Positions 1 through 9,202 of a stretch of DNA of 64,000 bases are shown in pieces. The position numbers and the translations under genes were made by a program. Origin of the DNA: Elusimicrobiaceae bacterium (lineage in GTDB: Bacteria; Elusimicrobiota; Elusimicrobia; Elusimicrobiales; Elusimicrobiaceae). Under the pieces are notes generated by a model, which saw only the letters and a program-made list of their open reading frames with translations, was not told where the DNA came from and did no database searches. The stretch's first letter is position 1, and every line of letters starts with the position of its first letter. Location of the stretch: assembly GCA_045634505.1 (NCBI GenBank), contig JAZRAH010000088.1:6474-70473 (forward strand). Reading direction: 5' to 3'.

Positions 1-2
1 AT

Positions 3-755
3 AATTTGCCCCTGGCACTATTTAAAAATTTTATGGACTATGTCACGGCCACCAGCGGGCATGATAACATTGCCTTAGGCATGGACATGCGCGAAGGGGA
101 CCGCTTGAAAGATTTACCCAATTTGGTTAAAACAATTAAAAGCCAAGAGCTGGACGTAAAAGTGGTTTTTTTGGACGCGTCCGACGAGTGTTTGATTCGC
201 CGCTTTTCGGAAACCAAACACCGCCACCCCATTCACAAAAAATTGGCTGCCGCCATTACGCACGAACGTGAAGCGTTGCGCGGCATGCGCACCTTGGCCG
301 ATAAAGTGATTGATACCAGTGATTTAAAACTGGGGGAACTCAAAGAAAAACTGTCTATTTTACTGGGGTCCAAGCGCACGGGAGATATGCAAATTTCCGT
401 TGTATCGTTTGGGTTTAAGCACGGCATCTTAAAAGATTGCGATATTGTGATGGATGTGCGCTTTCTGCCCAACCCGTACTATGTGCCCGCGCTAAAAAAT
501 AAAACCGGGCTGGATAAACCGGTGCAAGATTATATTTCTTCGTTCAAAGAAACGCGGGAATTTGCTACCAAATTTACAAGTTTAGTGAAATACTTAATCC
601 CTAAATATATCAAAGAAGGGAAAAGTTATTTGACCATTGCCATGGGTTGCACCGGCGGCAGACACCGCAGTGTGTTTATGGCTCATGAACTGGCTAAACG
701 CTTAAACGAAGCGGGGCTGACGGCCTCGGAATTTCATAGAGATATAGGAAACTGA
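3..755 (+). CDS. rapZ: RNase adapter RapZ/YvcJ family P-loop protein, 5' truncated by window edge
   Basis: [33 protein letters not shown]-like and [10 protein letters not shown] motifs; adjacent to PTS genes. Confidence 0.9.
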   Translation, partial: NLPLALFKNFMDYVTATSGHDNIALGMDMREGDRLKDLPNLVKTIKSQELDVKVVFLDASDECLIRRFSETKHRHPIHKKLAAAITHEREALRGMRTLADKVIDTSDLKLGELKEKLSILLGSKRTGDMQISVVSFGFKHGILKDCDIVMDVRFLPNPYYVPALKNKTGLDKPVQDYISSFKETREFATKFTSLVKYLIPKYIKEGKSYLTIAMGCTGGRHRSVFMAHELAKRLNEAGLTASEFHRDIGN

Positions 756-757
756 TT

Positions 758-1165
758 ATGGTAAAAATTATACTGGTAACCCACGGCCAATTGGCTAAAG
801 AAATGTTAGAAACGGCGGGGCTGATTATCGGCAAACCAACGGATGACGGTTTTGCAACCTTTGCCGTTACAACGGCCTCTTCGGTGGAAAAGGAAGCCGC
901 TAAATTAAAAGCACTTTTAGAAACCTGCGAAGACGGGGCGGTGGTGCTGACCGATATTTTTGGCGGCAGTGCCACGAACATTTCGCTCATGGCTAGCAAA
1001 GACTTAAACAACTGCCACGTAATTACGGGGCTTAATTTAAGCATGCTGCTAACAGCTATCAACAGCCGCAAAAAATTAAACGCCAAAGAATTGGCCGAAA
1101 AAATTGAATCCGACGGCAAACGTGCGGTGATTAACGCCACGGAACTACTGATTAAAGGACTGTAA
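758..1165 (+). CDS. PTS mannose/fructose/sorbose family EIIA
   Basis: ILVTHG phospho-His motif, LTDIFGGS, GLNLSML. Confidence 0.9.
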   Translation: MVKIILVTHGQLAKEMLETAGLIIGKPTDDGFATFAVTTASSVEKEAAKLKALLETCEDGAVVLTDIFGGSATNISLMASKDLNNCHVITGLNLSMLLTAINSRKKLNAKELAEKIESDGKRAVINATELLIKGL

Positions 1166-1629
1166 TGCCCATTATTTTTGCCCGGGTAGATGACCGCCTG
1201 ATCCACGGACAAATCGTCCAGGCGTGGCTGCCCGAATTAAACGTAGATGAAGTGCTGATCCCCTGTGCTAAACACCGGGCGGTCTTGCTTAACAAAAATT
1301 TACTGCGTTTAAGTTTACCCTACGAGTATGAACTAACCGTACTGGATTCCCATGCGTGCGTGCAGTATGCGCGCAATTCTAGCAAGCGCATTTTTGCCTT
1401 GGTGGGAACCTTGCAGGAATTAGCCGACCTCATACAAGACGGGTTGCAAATTAAATCCGTGAATATTGGTGGCATGCACTTTAAAGAGAATGCCCAAAAA
1501 CTGGCCGAAAATGTGTTTGTGGACGAAGATGATAAACGTTGGCTCAAAGTAATTAACGGGTTAGGCATTCGCATTGAAACACGGGCCGTACCTAATGCCA
1601 AGTCCATCTCTGTAACGGAGGTGCTATGA
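1165..1629 (+). CDS. PTS mannose/sorbose family EIIB
   Basis: RVDDRLIHGQ motif, VNIGGMH. Confidence 0.92.
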   Translation: MPIIFARVDDRLIHGQIVQAWLPELNVDEVLIPCAKHRAVLLNKNLLRLSLPYEYELTVLDSHACVQYARNSSKRIFALVGTLQELADLIQDGLQIKSVNIGGMHFKENAQKLAENVFVDEDDKRWLKVINGLGIRIETRAVPNAKSISVTEVL

Positions 1630-2228
1630 CGCTTTTACTACTGCTTTGTTTACTGGGTGCTTTGCTAGAGTTGGATACGACGTATGCGTTTCAGTTGACG
1701 TTTTCCCGCGGGATTATTGCCGGGCCGCTGTTAGGGCTCGTGAGCGGGGACGCGCTTACCGGGCTACAAGTAGGTATTTTTACAGAGCTTTTGTTTATTG
1801 ATGTTTCCCCTTTAGGCGGAATGTTGCCCCCCAGCGCGGCGGTGTGCTGTGCAATTACTATGGCACTATGCAGTTTACAAATACCGGCGTATGCGGCTTT
1901 TTTTGTGGGGGTCGTAGGGGCGATTGCATTTGCCCAGTTGGAGCTTGCCATGCGCCGTGCCCGGGCCGGTTGGATTGCACGGCAAGAACAGAAAATCCGG
2001 CGTAACCCCAGTTATTTACGCCACGCCGTGGTAGAAGCGTTATCACTTGGACTCATGGGAAATTTTTTGTTTATTTTAGGGGTATGTTTAGGGGTAGGTT
2101 TGCCGTTAGCCAAGGTGATGCCGCTAGTGCCGGAGAAATTACAACTGGCGGGAAAATTTTCATACATGGCGGTGCCATGGATTGGGCTGGCTACGCTATT
2201 GTCCACATTCCGGCTTAAAACGAGGTAG
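1626..2228 (+). CDS. PTS mannose family EIIC
   Basis: Hydrophobic; RGIIAGPLLGL..GD..TGL.VG..ELL pattern; operon position. Confidence 0.8.
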   Translation: MTLLLLLCLLGALLELDTTYAFQLTFSRGIIAGPLLGLVSGDALTGLQVGIFTELLFIDVSPLGGMLPPSAAVCCAITMALCSLQIPAYAAFFVGVVGAIAFAQLELAMRRARAGWIARQEQKIRRNPSYLRHAVVEALSLGLMGNFLFILGVCLGVGLPLAKVMPLVPEKLQLAGKFSYMAVPWIGLATLLSTFRLKTR

Positions 2229-2230
2229 CT

Positions 2231-3058
2231 ATGCTGAGCAAAGGGATGCAACTCAACTTGTTTTTGCGTTCGTTTTTCCTGCAAACGGGGTGGAACTTTG
2301 CCAAGTACCAAAACCTGGGGCTTTGTTTTACGATGTACCCGTTCGTAAAAAAATTGTACGCGCAAGACCGAGAGTCTATCCCCTCGGTCTTGGAGCGGTA
2401 TTTGGAAAATTTCAATACGCAGCCTGTAATGGCGTCTTTTTGCATAGGGGCCCTAGCTAAACAGGAAGAACGCTTGGCGGGCGCAAAAAACTTGGCCTTA
2501 TATCAGCAACGCCTGAGCGAGTGGAACAGTATGAAACGCAGTTTGTCTATTACCACCGCTTCTATTGGGGACCGCCTGTTTTGGGGTACGTTAAAACCGT
2601 TTACGTTGCTCCTCGCGTTATGTATTTGGTTGGTGCAGGATACCAATTTTTTTGAGGTAAATTTGCAGGAAAACGTAACCTTTTGGCAGGTGTTTGGCGG
2701 CGCGTTAGTGGCATTTTTTGTGTTTAATGCGGTGGCTCTGTTTGTAAAATGGCAAGGGTTTTCGCTGAGCTACTTTGCGGAAAATAACGGTTGTTTTGGG
2801 CTTACTAAATTTGACTGGAATAAAACTATTTTCAATGCTAAAAAAATGGGGATTATTTCTGCAGTGGTTCTTTTGTTATGGGGAGTTTATTATTTTGTGA
2901 ACGACTTGCAGGCTTCCCTGGGACTGGGGTTTGTGACGCGGGCGGTAATTGTGCTTTTCTTTGTGAGTATCAGCCTAATGACCCGTAATTTGCGCATCCC
3001 CAATATGTATGTTTATTTGATTGCCGCTGTAACATTTGCGGTGGCTTGTTTGTTTTAA
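2231..3058 (+). CDS. PTS mannose family EIID
   Basis: RSFFLQTGWNF..YQNLG, FNTQP, SIGDRLFWGTLKP. Confidence 0.9.
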   Translation: MLSKGMQLNLFLRSFFLQTGWNFAKYQNLGLCFTMYPFVKKLYAQDRESIPSVLERYLENFNTQPVMASFCIGALAKQEERLAGAKNLALYQQRLSEWNSMKRSLSITTASIGDRLFWGTLKPFTLLLALCIWLVQDTNFFEVNLQENVTFWQVFGGALVAFFVFNAVALFVKWQGFSLSYFAENNGCFGLTKFDWNKTIFNAKKMGIISAVVLLLWGVYYFVNDLQASLGLGFVTRAVIVLFFVSISLMTRNLRIPNMYVYLIAAVTFAVACLF

Positions 3059-3060
3059 GT

Positions 3061-3330
3061 ATGATAGAAAAAGAATTAAAAATTTTAAACCGCCTGGGCT
3101 TACACGCCCGCCCCGCCGCGCAAATTGCGCAGACGGCCAGTGGGTTTGCAAGCGAGATTGAACTAACCAAAGATAACGTAACGATCAATGCCAAAAGTAT
3201 TATGGGTGTGATGATGTTGGCGGCTGAGTTTGGCTCGTCCGTGCGTATTACAGCCAAAGGCAGCGACGAAGTACAAGCGGTGCAAGCGCTTGAAAAATTA
3301 TTTGACGAAAAATTTAATGAGGAATTTTAA
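3061..3330 (+). CDS. ptsH: Phosphocarrier protein HPr
   Basis: GLHARPAA and NAKSIMGVMML; start moved to ATG 3061. Confidence 0.95.
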   Translation: MIEKELKILNRLGLHARPAAQIAQTASGFASEIELTKDNVTINAKSIMGVMMLAAEFGSSVRITAKGSDEVQAVQALEKLFDEKFNEEF

Positions 3331-3333
3331 ACC

Positions 3334-5073
3334 ATGCTCGTATTGAAAGGGATCCCTGCCAGCCCGGGTATAGCCATTGGCAAAGCCGTTTTACTGCCGG
3401 GGCAGACGCTTACCGTATCTAAACATTACATTGCGTTAGAAGCGGTAGAGGGGGAACTGCGTAAATTAGAACGGGCCTTGGAAAAAACCTTGCAAGAGTT
3501 GGACGAAAGTGCCGTCAAAGTGCGCGAAACGTTGGGGGCCGAATATGCTAACTTGATGGTCACCCATAAACTTATTTTGCAAGACCCTGCCTTAAAAGGG
3601 GCGGTGGTGAAAAAAATTCAAACTGATTTTTTAACTGCGCACTCGGCTATTTCGCTCACCATTCAAGAATTAGCTGCCAATTTTGATAAAATTGAAGACC
3701 CCTTTTTTAAAGAACGCCGTAACGATATTTACGACGCGGGCAAACGGTTGCTTGCAAATTTAGAGGGCAATAAAAAAGATTTTTTGGCCTCTATTAAAAA
3801 ACCTTCTTTGCTAGTGGCGCACGATTTATTTCCGTCCGACACTATTGCCCTGCCGGAAAACCAGATTTTAGGGTTCTGTACCGATATTGGCGGCAAAACC
3901 AGCCACACCGCACTTTTGGCGCAAAGTTTAAACATCCCGGCCGTGGTGGGATTGTCCACCGCGTCCAAAGACGTAGCCAATGGGGACACCCTTATTATTG
4001 ACGGGGAAAACGGACTTTTAGTGATCAACCCGGACCGCTATACCTTGGCTAACTACCGCCAAATTAAGCGTGAACTTAAAAAAACAGAATCACTCCTCAA
4101 AACCATTAACCATTTGCCCGTCATTACGCAGGACGGACGGCGGGTGCATTTGTATGTAAATTATGACCCGCGCACCGACAATAAATATAATAAAACTTTA
4201 ATTACCGACGGTCTTGGCCTGCTGCGCACGGAATTTTTGTTTATGAATACGCCGGTGCCGCCGTCTGAAGAGGCACAATACAAAATTTATTTGGCAGTAG
4301 CCAAACGCTTTGATATGCGCCCGGCCACCATTCGTCTGGCAGATTTGGGCGCGGACAAAATGCCCGATTTCCCACTGGATGAATTAGATGATGACGACAA
4401 CCCGTTTATGGGGTGCCGCGGGGTGCGTTTACTGCTTAAAAACCCGGATATTTTGCGCACGCAACTACGCGCCATTGTGCGCACGGCGTGTGAAGTGCCG
4501 GCGCAAGTGAAAGTGATGATCCCGATGGTGTCCTCGGTAGAAGAGGTGCGCCATGTACGCCATGCATTTGACGAAGTGCTAGCCGATTTTGCCCAAGAAG
4601 GTAAAAAACCGCTTAATAAAATAGCCCTGGGAGCTATGATAGAAGTGCCCGCCGCGGCTATTGCGCTAGACGGAATGATTAACGAGCTGGATTTTATTTC
4701 CATTGGTACCAACGATTTAATCCAATACTTAGTAGCGGTAGACCGCGTCAACCCCGAAGTGGCCCACATGTACGACCCGTGCCACCCGGCGGTGGGGCGC
4801 ACGATACACAGTATTATTCAAACGGCACACAAACGCAATAAAAATGTGTCTATTTGCGGGGAAATAGCCTCGGACGCTAAAATGCTGCCGCTGCTTTTAG
4901 GGTGGCAAGTGGACGGGCTCTCCGTTACGCCGCGGATGTATTTGCGTGTAAAAAACAATATCCGCAATTCCAATTTTGAGCATTGTTGCGACTTGGCACA
5001 AGCCGCCCTTTTAATGGGCAGCTCGGCTGAGATTCGCGCACTAGTAGAAGATAATAACCATGAAAATTCGTAA
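3334..5073 (+). CDS. ptsI: PTS enzyme I
   Basis: GGKTSH, GLLRTEFLF, DFISIGTNDLIQY, SICGE. Confidence 0.95.
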   Translation: MLVLKGIPASPGIAIGKAVLLPGQTLTVSKHYIALEAVEGELRKLERALEKTLQELDESAVKVRETLGAEYANLMVTHKLILQDPALKGAVVKKIQTDFLTAHSAISLTIQELAANFDKIEDPFFKERRNDIYDAGKRLLANLEGNKKDFLASIKKPSLLVAHDLFPSDTIALPENQILGFCTDIGGKTSHTALLAQSLNIPAVVGLSTASKDVANGDTLIIDGENGLLVINPDRYTLANYRQIKRELKKTESLLKTINHLPVITQDGRRVHLYVNYDPRTDNKYNKTLITDGLGLLRTEFLFMNTPVPPSEEAQYKIYLAVAKRFDMRPATIRLADLGADKMPDFPLDELDDDDNPFMGCRGVRLLLKNPDILRTQLRAIVRTACEVPAQVKVMIPMVSSVEEVRHVRHAFDEVLADFAQEGKKPLNKIALGAMIEVPAAAIALDGMINELDFISIGTNDLIQYLVAVDRVNPEVAHMYDPCHPAVGRTIHSIIQTAHKRNKNVSICGEIASDAKMLPLLLGWQVDGLSVTPRMYLRVKNNIRNSNFEHCCDLAQAALLMGSSAEIRALVEDNNHENS

Positions 5074-6889
5074 CTTTTCCATTGTGGCACACATTGACCA
5101 CGGCAAAACCACGCTTTCCGACCGCATTTTAGAAGATACCGGCACTGTACCCAAGCGCAAAATGCAAGCGCAACTGTTAGACGGCATGGACTTAGAAAGA
5201 GAGCGCGGCATTACTATTAAAGCCAAAGCCGTGCGTATTGCGTACAAAGATTATATTTTAAATTTGATTGATACTCCCGGCCACGTGGATTTTTCGTACG
5301 AAGTCGCGCGTTCCTTGCGGGCGTGCGAAGGGGTATTACTCCTGGTGGATGCCTCGCAAGGGGTGGAAGCGCAAACGGTAGCGCACGCGCATTTGGCGCA
5401 AAGTTTAGGGCTTAAAATTATCCCGGTGATGAACAAAGTGGATTTGTCCCAATCGGATGCGGACGCGTCGGAAGAGCAACTGTGGGACATTTTAAAAGAG
5501 CCCATTGAGGCTGAGCGCGTGAGCGCGAAAACCGGGATGGGTATTGAACATCTATTAGACCGCATTATTACCGATATCCCCGCGCCTACCGGGCAAACGG
5601 ACAAACCGCTACGCGCCCTGATTTTTGATTCATATTATGATCCGTTTCGCGGCGTTATTATGTACATCCGCCTGGTGGACGGCAGTTTGAAGCCGGGGCA
5701 AACCGTGCAGTTTATGTCTTCGGGCGCCACGTACAAAGCCGAGGAAATCGGTTTTATGACGCCCAAGCAACTGCACAAGTGTGACGTTTTATCCGCCGGG
5801 GAAGTGGGGTATTTGGCGGCTGGGATTAAAGACATCCACCAAGTAAAAGTGGGCGATACGATTACCTTGGCCGAAAACCCCGCCCAAGAACCGCTCCCCG
5901 GTTACGAGGACGCCAAACCGGTGGTCTTTGCCAGTATCTTCCCGGTGGAGACGACTGATTTTCCGCTACTTAGAAAAGCACTGGAAAAACTTCACTTGTC
6001 CGACAGTTCTTTTCAATACCAAAGTGAAACATCCAAGGCACTGGGGTTTGGGTTCCGCTTAGGGTTTATGGGGATTTTGCACATTGAAATTGTCAAAGAG
6101 CGGTTGGAACGCGAGTTTAATTTGTCGCTCATTGCTACGTCGCCCAACGTGGTGTATCACGTTAAGTTTACACCGCGCAAATCCCACTCGCAGGAACTAG
6201 CCGCCCTGCCGGAAGCTCCCGACGATCCCGGTTACAAAATTATTGATAACCCGGCTAATTTCCCGCCGTACGGGGATATTATTGATATTAAAGAGCCCGT
6301 CATCCACATCACGATTGTAACGCCGGTGGAATTTATGGACGGCGTGATGACGCTACTAAAAGAAAAGCGCGGTACGTTTATGAGTATGGACCATCTTTCC
6401 AACCAACGCGTGATTATTAAGTACGAAATGCCGATGGGCGAAATGGTCATTGATTTTTACAACAAATTAAAATCGGTCTCCAAGGGCTACGCGTCTTTTG
6501 ATTATGAAGTGGCCGGCTTTAGAAGCTCCGACGTGGTGCTTATGGAAATTTTACTGCACGGTAGCCCGGTGGATGCACTCTCTACCGTAGTGCATAAAGA
6601 CAAAGCGCAAACCATTGGCCGCGCGTTGTGTGCCAAATTAAAGGAGCTCATTGGCCGCCAACAATTTGAAGTAGCCGTGCAAGCCGCTATTAACGGCAAA
6701 GTGATTGCGCGCGAAACCATTCCCGCCTACCGCAAAGACGTTATTGCCAAGTGTTACGGCGGTGACATCACGCGCAAACGCAAACTGCTGGAAAAGCAGA
6801 AAGAAGGCAAAAAGCGCATGAAAAGCATTGGCAGCCTAAACATTCCGCAAGAAGCCTTTGTGGCTATGCTCAAAATTGATGAGGAATAA
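5060..6889 (+). CDS. lepA: Elongation factor 4
   Basis: RNFSIVAHIDHGKTTLSDR, ERERGITIK, KCYGGDITRKRKLLEKQKEGKKRMK. Confidence 0.98.
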   Translation: MKIRNFSIVAHIDHGKTTLSDRILEDTGTVPKRKMQAQLLDGMDLERERGITIKAKAVRIAYKDYILNLIDTPGHVDFSYEVARSLRACEGVLLLVDASQGVEAQTVAHAHLAQSLGLKIIPVMNKVDLSQSDADASEEQLWDILKEPIEAERVSAKTGMGIEHLLDRIITDIPAPTGQTDKPLRALIFDSYYDPFRGVIMYIRLVDGSLKPGQTVQFMSSGATYKAEEIGFMTPKQLHKCDVLSAGEVGYLAAGIKDIHQVKVGDTITLAENPAQEPLPGYEDAKPVVFASIFPVETTDFPLLRKALEKLHLSDSSFQYQSETSKALGFGFRLGFMGILHIEIVKERLEREFNLSLIATSPNVVYHVKFTPRKSHSQELAALPEAPDDPGYKIIDNPANFPPYGDIIDIKEPVIHITIVTPVEFMDGVMTLLKEKRGTFMSMDHLSNQRVIIKYEMPMGEMVIDFYNKLKSVSKGYASFDYEVAGFRSSDVVLMEILLHGSPVDALSTVVHKDKAQTIGRALCAKLKELIGRQQFEVAVQAAINGKVIARETIPAYRKDVIAKCYGGDITRKRKLLEKQKEGKKRMKSIGSLNIPQEAFVAMLKIDEE

Positions 6890-6892
6890 ATT

Positions 6893-7753
6893 ATGATTTT
6901 AGAGGGAAAGACACTGGCACAGTTGATTCGTGAGCCGCTTGCAAAGCGCGCGGAGCAGGTTCATCAAAAAATCGGGCGGCCTATTACGCTGCGCGCGGTG
7001 GGCTCTACCGAGGATTACGGTGCGTACACCTACCTCAAAAAAGAGGTGGCTGCCGCGGAGAAAATCGGCATTCAAACGCAGGTGTACGAAGTAAACAACC
7101 AAACGCTTGCCGCTGATTTTGTGGCACTGGTCAAAAAGCTTTCCCAAGATAAAAATACCGACACTATTTTAATCCCGCGTCCGCTCCCGCCGCATTTGGC
7201 GGCCACCGATTATGCGGCCTATTTGGCCCCGCAAAAAGACGTGGACGGTATGTCCAACGTAAACATGGGGAACTTGTTTTTGTGTAAAACGTGGGCGGAA
7301 ATTGAAGCATTGCCCGGCTTTGTACCGTGCACGGCTATGGCGGTTATTAAGCTACTTGAATTTCATCAGCTGGATTTAACCGGCAAAGAAGTGGCTGTGG
7401 TAGGGCGTTCCTCTACTGTCGGGCGACCGCTGGCGCATCTCTTAACGTGCAAAAATGCTACCGTTAAGATTTGCCACCGCCAAACCGATTTGCCCCGCGC
7501 CGTAAAAGATGCGGATATTATCTGTTCGGCAGCCGGTACGCCCGGGCTGTTAAAGGCCGCGTGGCTTAAACCGGGGGCGGTGGTGATTGATATTTCTACC
7601 AATTGGCACAATAACCAGTTAGTGGGGGATGCGGACCCGGCAGAACTGACGGCGCGCGGAATTAGTTATTCCCCTGTGCCCGGCGGAGTGGGGCCGGTAA
7701 CGCTTGCGGTACTCCTAGAAAATATGGTACGCTCAAAAGAGAGGAATTTATGA
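6893..7753 (+). CDS. folD: FolD-family methylene-THF dehydrogenase (cyclohydrolase residues altered)
   Basis: KDVDG, PCT, VGRS..VGRPL, PVPGGVGPVT. Confidence 0.88.
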   Translation: MILEGKTLAQLIREPLAKRAEQVHQKIGRPITLRAVGSTEDYGAYTYLKKEVAAAEKIGIQTQVYEVNNQTLAADFVALVKKLSQDKNTDTILIPRPLPPHLAATDYAAYLAPQKDVDGMSNVNMGNLFLCKTWAEIEALPGFVPCTAMAVIKLLEFHQLDLTGKEVAVVGRSSTVGRPLAHLLTCKNATVKICHRQTDLPRAVKDADIICSAAGTPGLLKAAWLKPGAVVIDISTNWHNNQLVGDADPAELTARGISYSPVPGGVGPVTLAVLLENMVRSKERNL

Positions 7754-8160
7754 AGAAAATTACACTTTTTTGCTTATTCGTAGCAGTAGGTTTTGTAGCG
7801 GGTTGTAAAACCAACGACACGCGCGAAATTAACGGCGAACGGTATGCCAAAAAAATCTATCTTACTAAAGAAGATTATATGGAAGATTTAAAGCAAACCG
7901 CCCAACGCCGCGAATTGCAACCCAACAAAGAATCCGAATATGTGTTTAAAGTAACCCCGGAAACAACGCAAGACCCCGCGGTGTATTTTTTTGATAAACG
8001 CCAACAGCCTAAAGTGCCCGGCGAATATTCTGCCCAAGATTATAAAAACGAAAAACGGTTGTGGAAAAAGCCCAAACGCTACACGCCCGAACAATACTAC
8101 GGCATGCAAGAAAGTGCCGCACCTAGTAACAGCGGTGGCGAAGAAAGTTATTACGAATAG
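7750..8160 (+). CDS. Hypothetical lipoprotein
   Basis: MKK-hydrophobic-VAGC lipobox. Confidence 0.75.
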   Translation: MKKITLFCLFVAVGFVAGCKTNDTREINGERYAKKIYLTKEDYMEDLKQTAQRRELQPNKESEYVFKVTPETTQDPAVYFFDKRQQPKVPGEYSAQDYKNEKRLWKKPKRYTPEQYYGMQESAAPSNSGGEESYYE

Positions 8161-8162
8161 TT

Positions 8163-8191
8163 AAAAACCCCGGTTTAGGCCGGGGTTTTTT
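8163..8191. terminator. Bidirectional intrinsic terminator
   Basis: AAAAACCCCGG-loop-CCGGGGTTTTTT between convergent genes. Confidence 0.85.
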
Positions 8192-8879
8192 ACGCTAAAA
8201 AATCAGCAATTTTATCGGTAAAAATACCGTCTGCTCCTTGGGCCGCTAAACGGGTGGCCAGGGGTTTTTCGTTTACCGTGTAGCAGTAAATTTTAAGATG
8301 GTGTGCGTGGCACGCTTGCGCAATTTGCGGCGTAAAACGCGTGTGGTTTAGGTGTACGCTTTCGGCTTTTAAAGAAAGGGGCTCTTGCACGTTAAAATGA
8401 CGCGTTAATTGCCCGATACGGGCGGTGGGGCGTAATGCGCGCAAGCGTTGTAAAGTGGCATAGTCAAAACTGGAAAATAAAATACGCGGCAGTAATGTGG
8501 GAGGCAAGGCCTGTAGCAGTGTTTTTTCCAGGCCGGGATACACGTTCCCGTCGTTTTTAAGTTCTATGTTTAGTATCTCTAGCCCGGGGGTAACAAGCGG
8601 CAAAATTTCCGGCAGTAACGGTACATACACCGGGTGCGGCGTGAACGGGTTTTCAAGCGGATATTTTTTTAAATCCGCCGCGGTTAAATTTTTAAGTTGT
8701 ACGTCCACCCCGGCGGTGCTTAAAAGGGAATAATCGTGGTGGACGGCGAGGGTGCCGTCTTTTAACAAGTGGACGTCCAGTTCATAGTAGCGTGCGCCTT
8801 GGGCGCGCGCCAACGCAAATGCGTCCACGGTGTTTTGCACGCGCAAGGTATTGGCCCCACGGTGTGAAAAATAAATCAT
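8190..8879 (-). CDS. Glycerophosphodiester phosphodiesterase family
   Basis: SHRG, ELDVHL.KDG...VHHD, NIELK, SSFD, GIFTD. Confidence 0.92.
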   Translation of the reverse strand: MIYFSHRGANTLRVQNTVDAFALARAQGARYYELDVHLLKDGTLAVHHDYSLLSTAGVDVQLKNLTAADLKKYPLENPFTPHPVYVPLLPEILPLVTPGLEILNIELKNDGNVYPGLEKTLLQALPPTLLPRILFSSFDYATLQRLRALRPTARIGQLTRHFNVQEPLSLKAESVHLNHTRFTPQIAQACHAHHLKIYCYTVNEKPLATRLAAQGADGIFTDKIADFLA

Positions 8880-8920
8880 AGTTATAGTGTAAAAAAAATT
8901 ACGCTACTAGGCAAATAAAG

Positions 8921-8926
8921 TATAAT
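8921..8926 (+). promoter_or_regulatory. -10 box of pilin cassette 1
   Basis: TATAAT, 6 nt before ACAATTTG; same spacing in copies 2, 3, 8, 9. Confidence 0.7.
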
Positions 8927-8932
8927 GTAAGT

Positions 8933-9160
8933 ACAATTTGATTCTGTTTTTGGAAGCGTTTAAGAAACGCAGTGCTTAGCAAAGCCCTCATTCCCTCCAA
9001 AAACAGCCGTTTAACAGGTACAAAATGACGACGGTCGTTTTGTACCTAGTGTTTGCCGTTCGCAAGGACGGCAAGCCGCGGCTGTTATGTTGGGACTGGG
9101 AATGAGGACCAATACTAACAGCCGTTTTTGCATGCGTTTTCCAAACCAGACAAATTGAAT
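8933..9160 (+). ncRNA. Structured pilin-leader element, copy 1
   Basis: ACAATTTGATTCTGTTTTTGGAA...TCCAAAAACAGCCG...CGGCTGTT...AACAGCCGTTTTT...TTCCAAACCAGACAAATTG; barcode CCTCATTCCC (8986-8995)/GGGAATGAGG (9098-9107). Confidence 0.85.
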
Positions 9161-9162
9161 TA

Positions 9163-9185
9163 TAGGTCAGGTGTTAGCCTGACAT
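9163..9185. repeat. GTAG-type REP-like palindrome
   Basis: TAGGTCAGG-N-CCTGACA; 7 copies in window (9163, 19088, 19165, 20330, 56433, 56604, 61664). Confidence 0.75.
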
Positions 9186-9202
9186 AAAAAAGGAGACGTA
9201 AC

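Noticed and set aside
8933-9160. Leader as a c-di-GMP, c-di-AMP or T-box riboswitch
   Set aside because: The expected conserved cores (GNRA/receptor GEMM motif, GGTGGnACCGCG T-box) were not found by eye; an Rfam scan is still needed.
8933-9160. Leader as retron msr-msd, DGR template or IS110 bridge RNA
   Set aside because: No reverse transcriptase or recombinase in the window, no adenine-specific TR/VR pair, and the variable strands pair with each other in cis.
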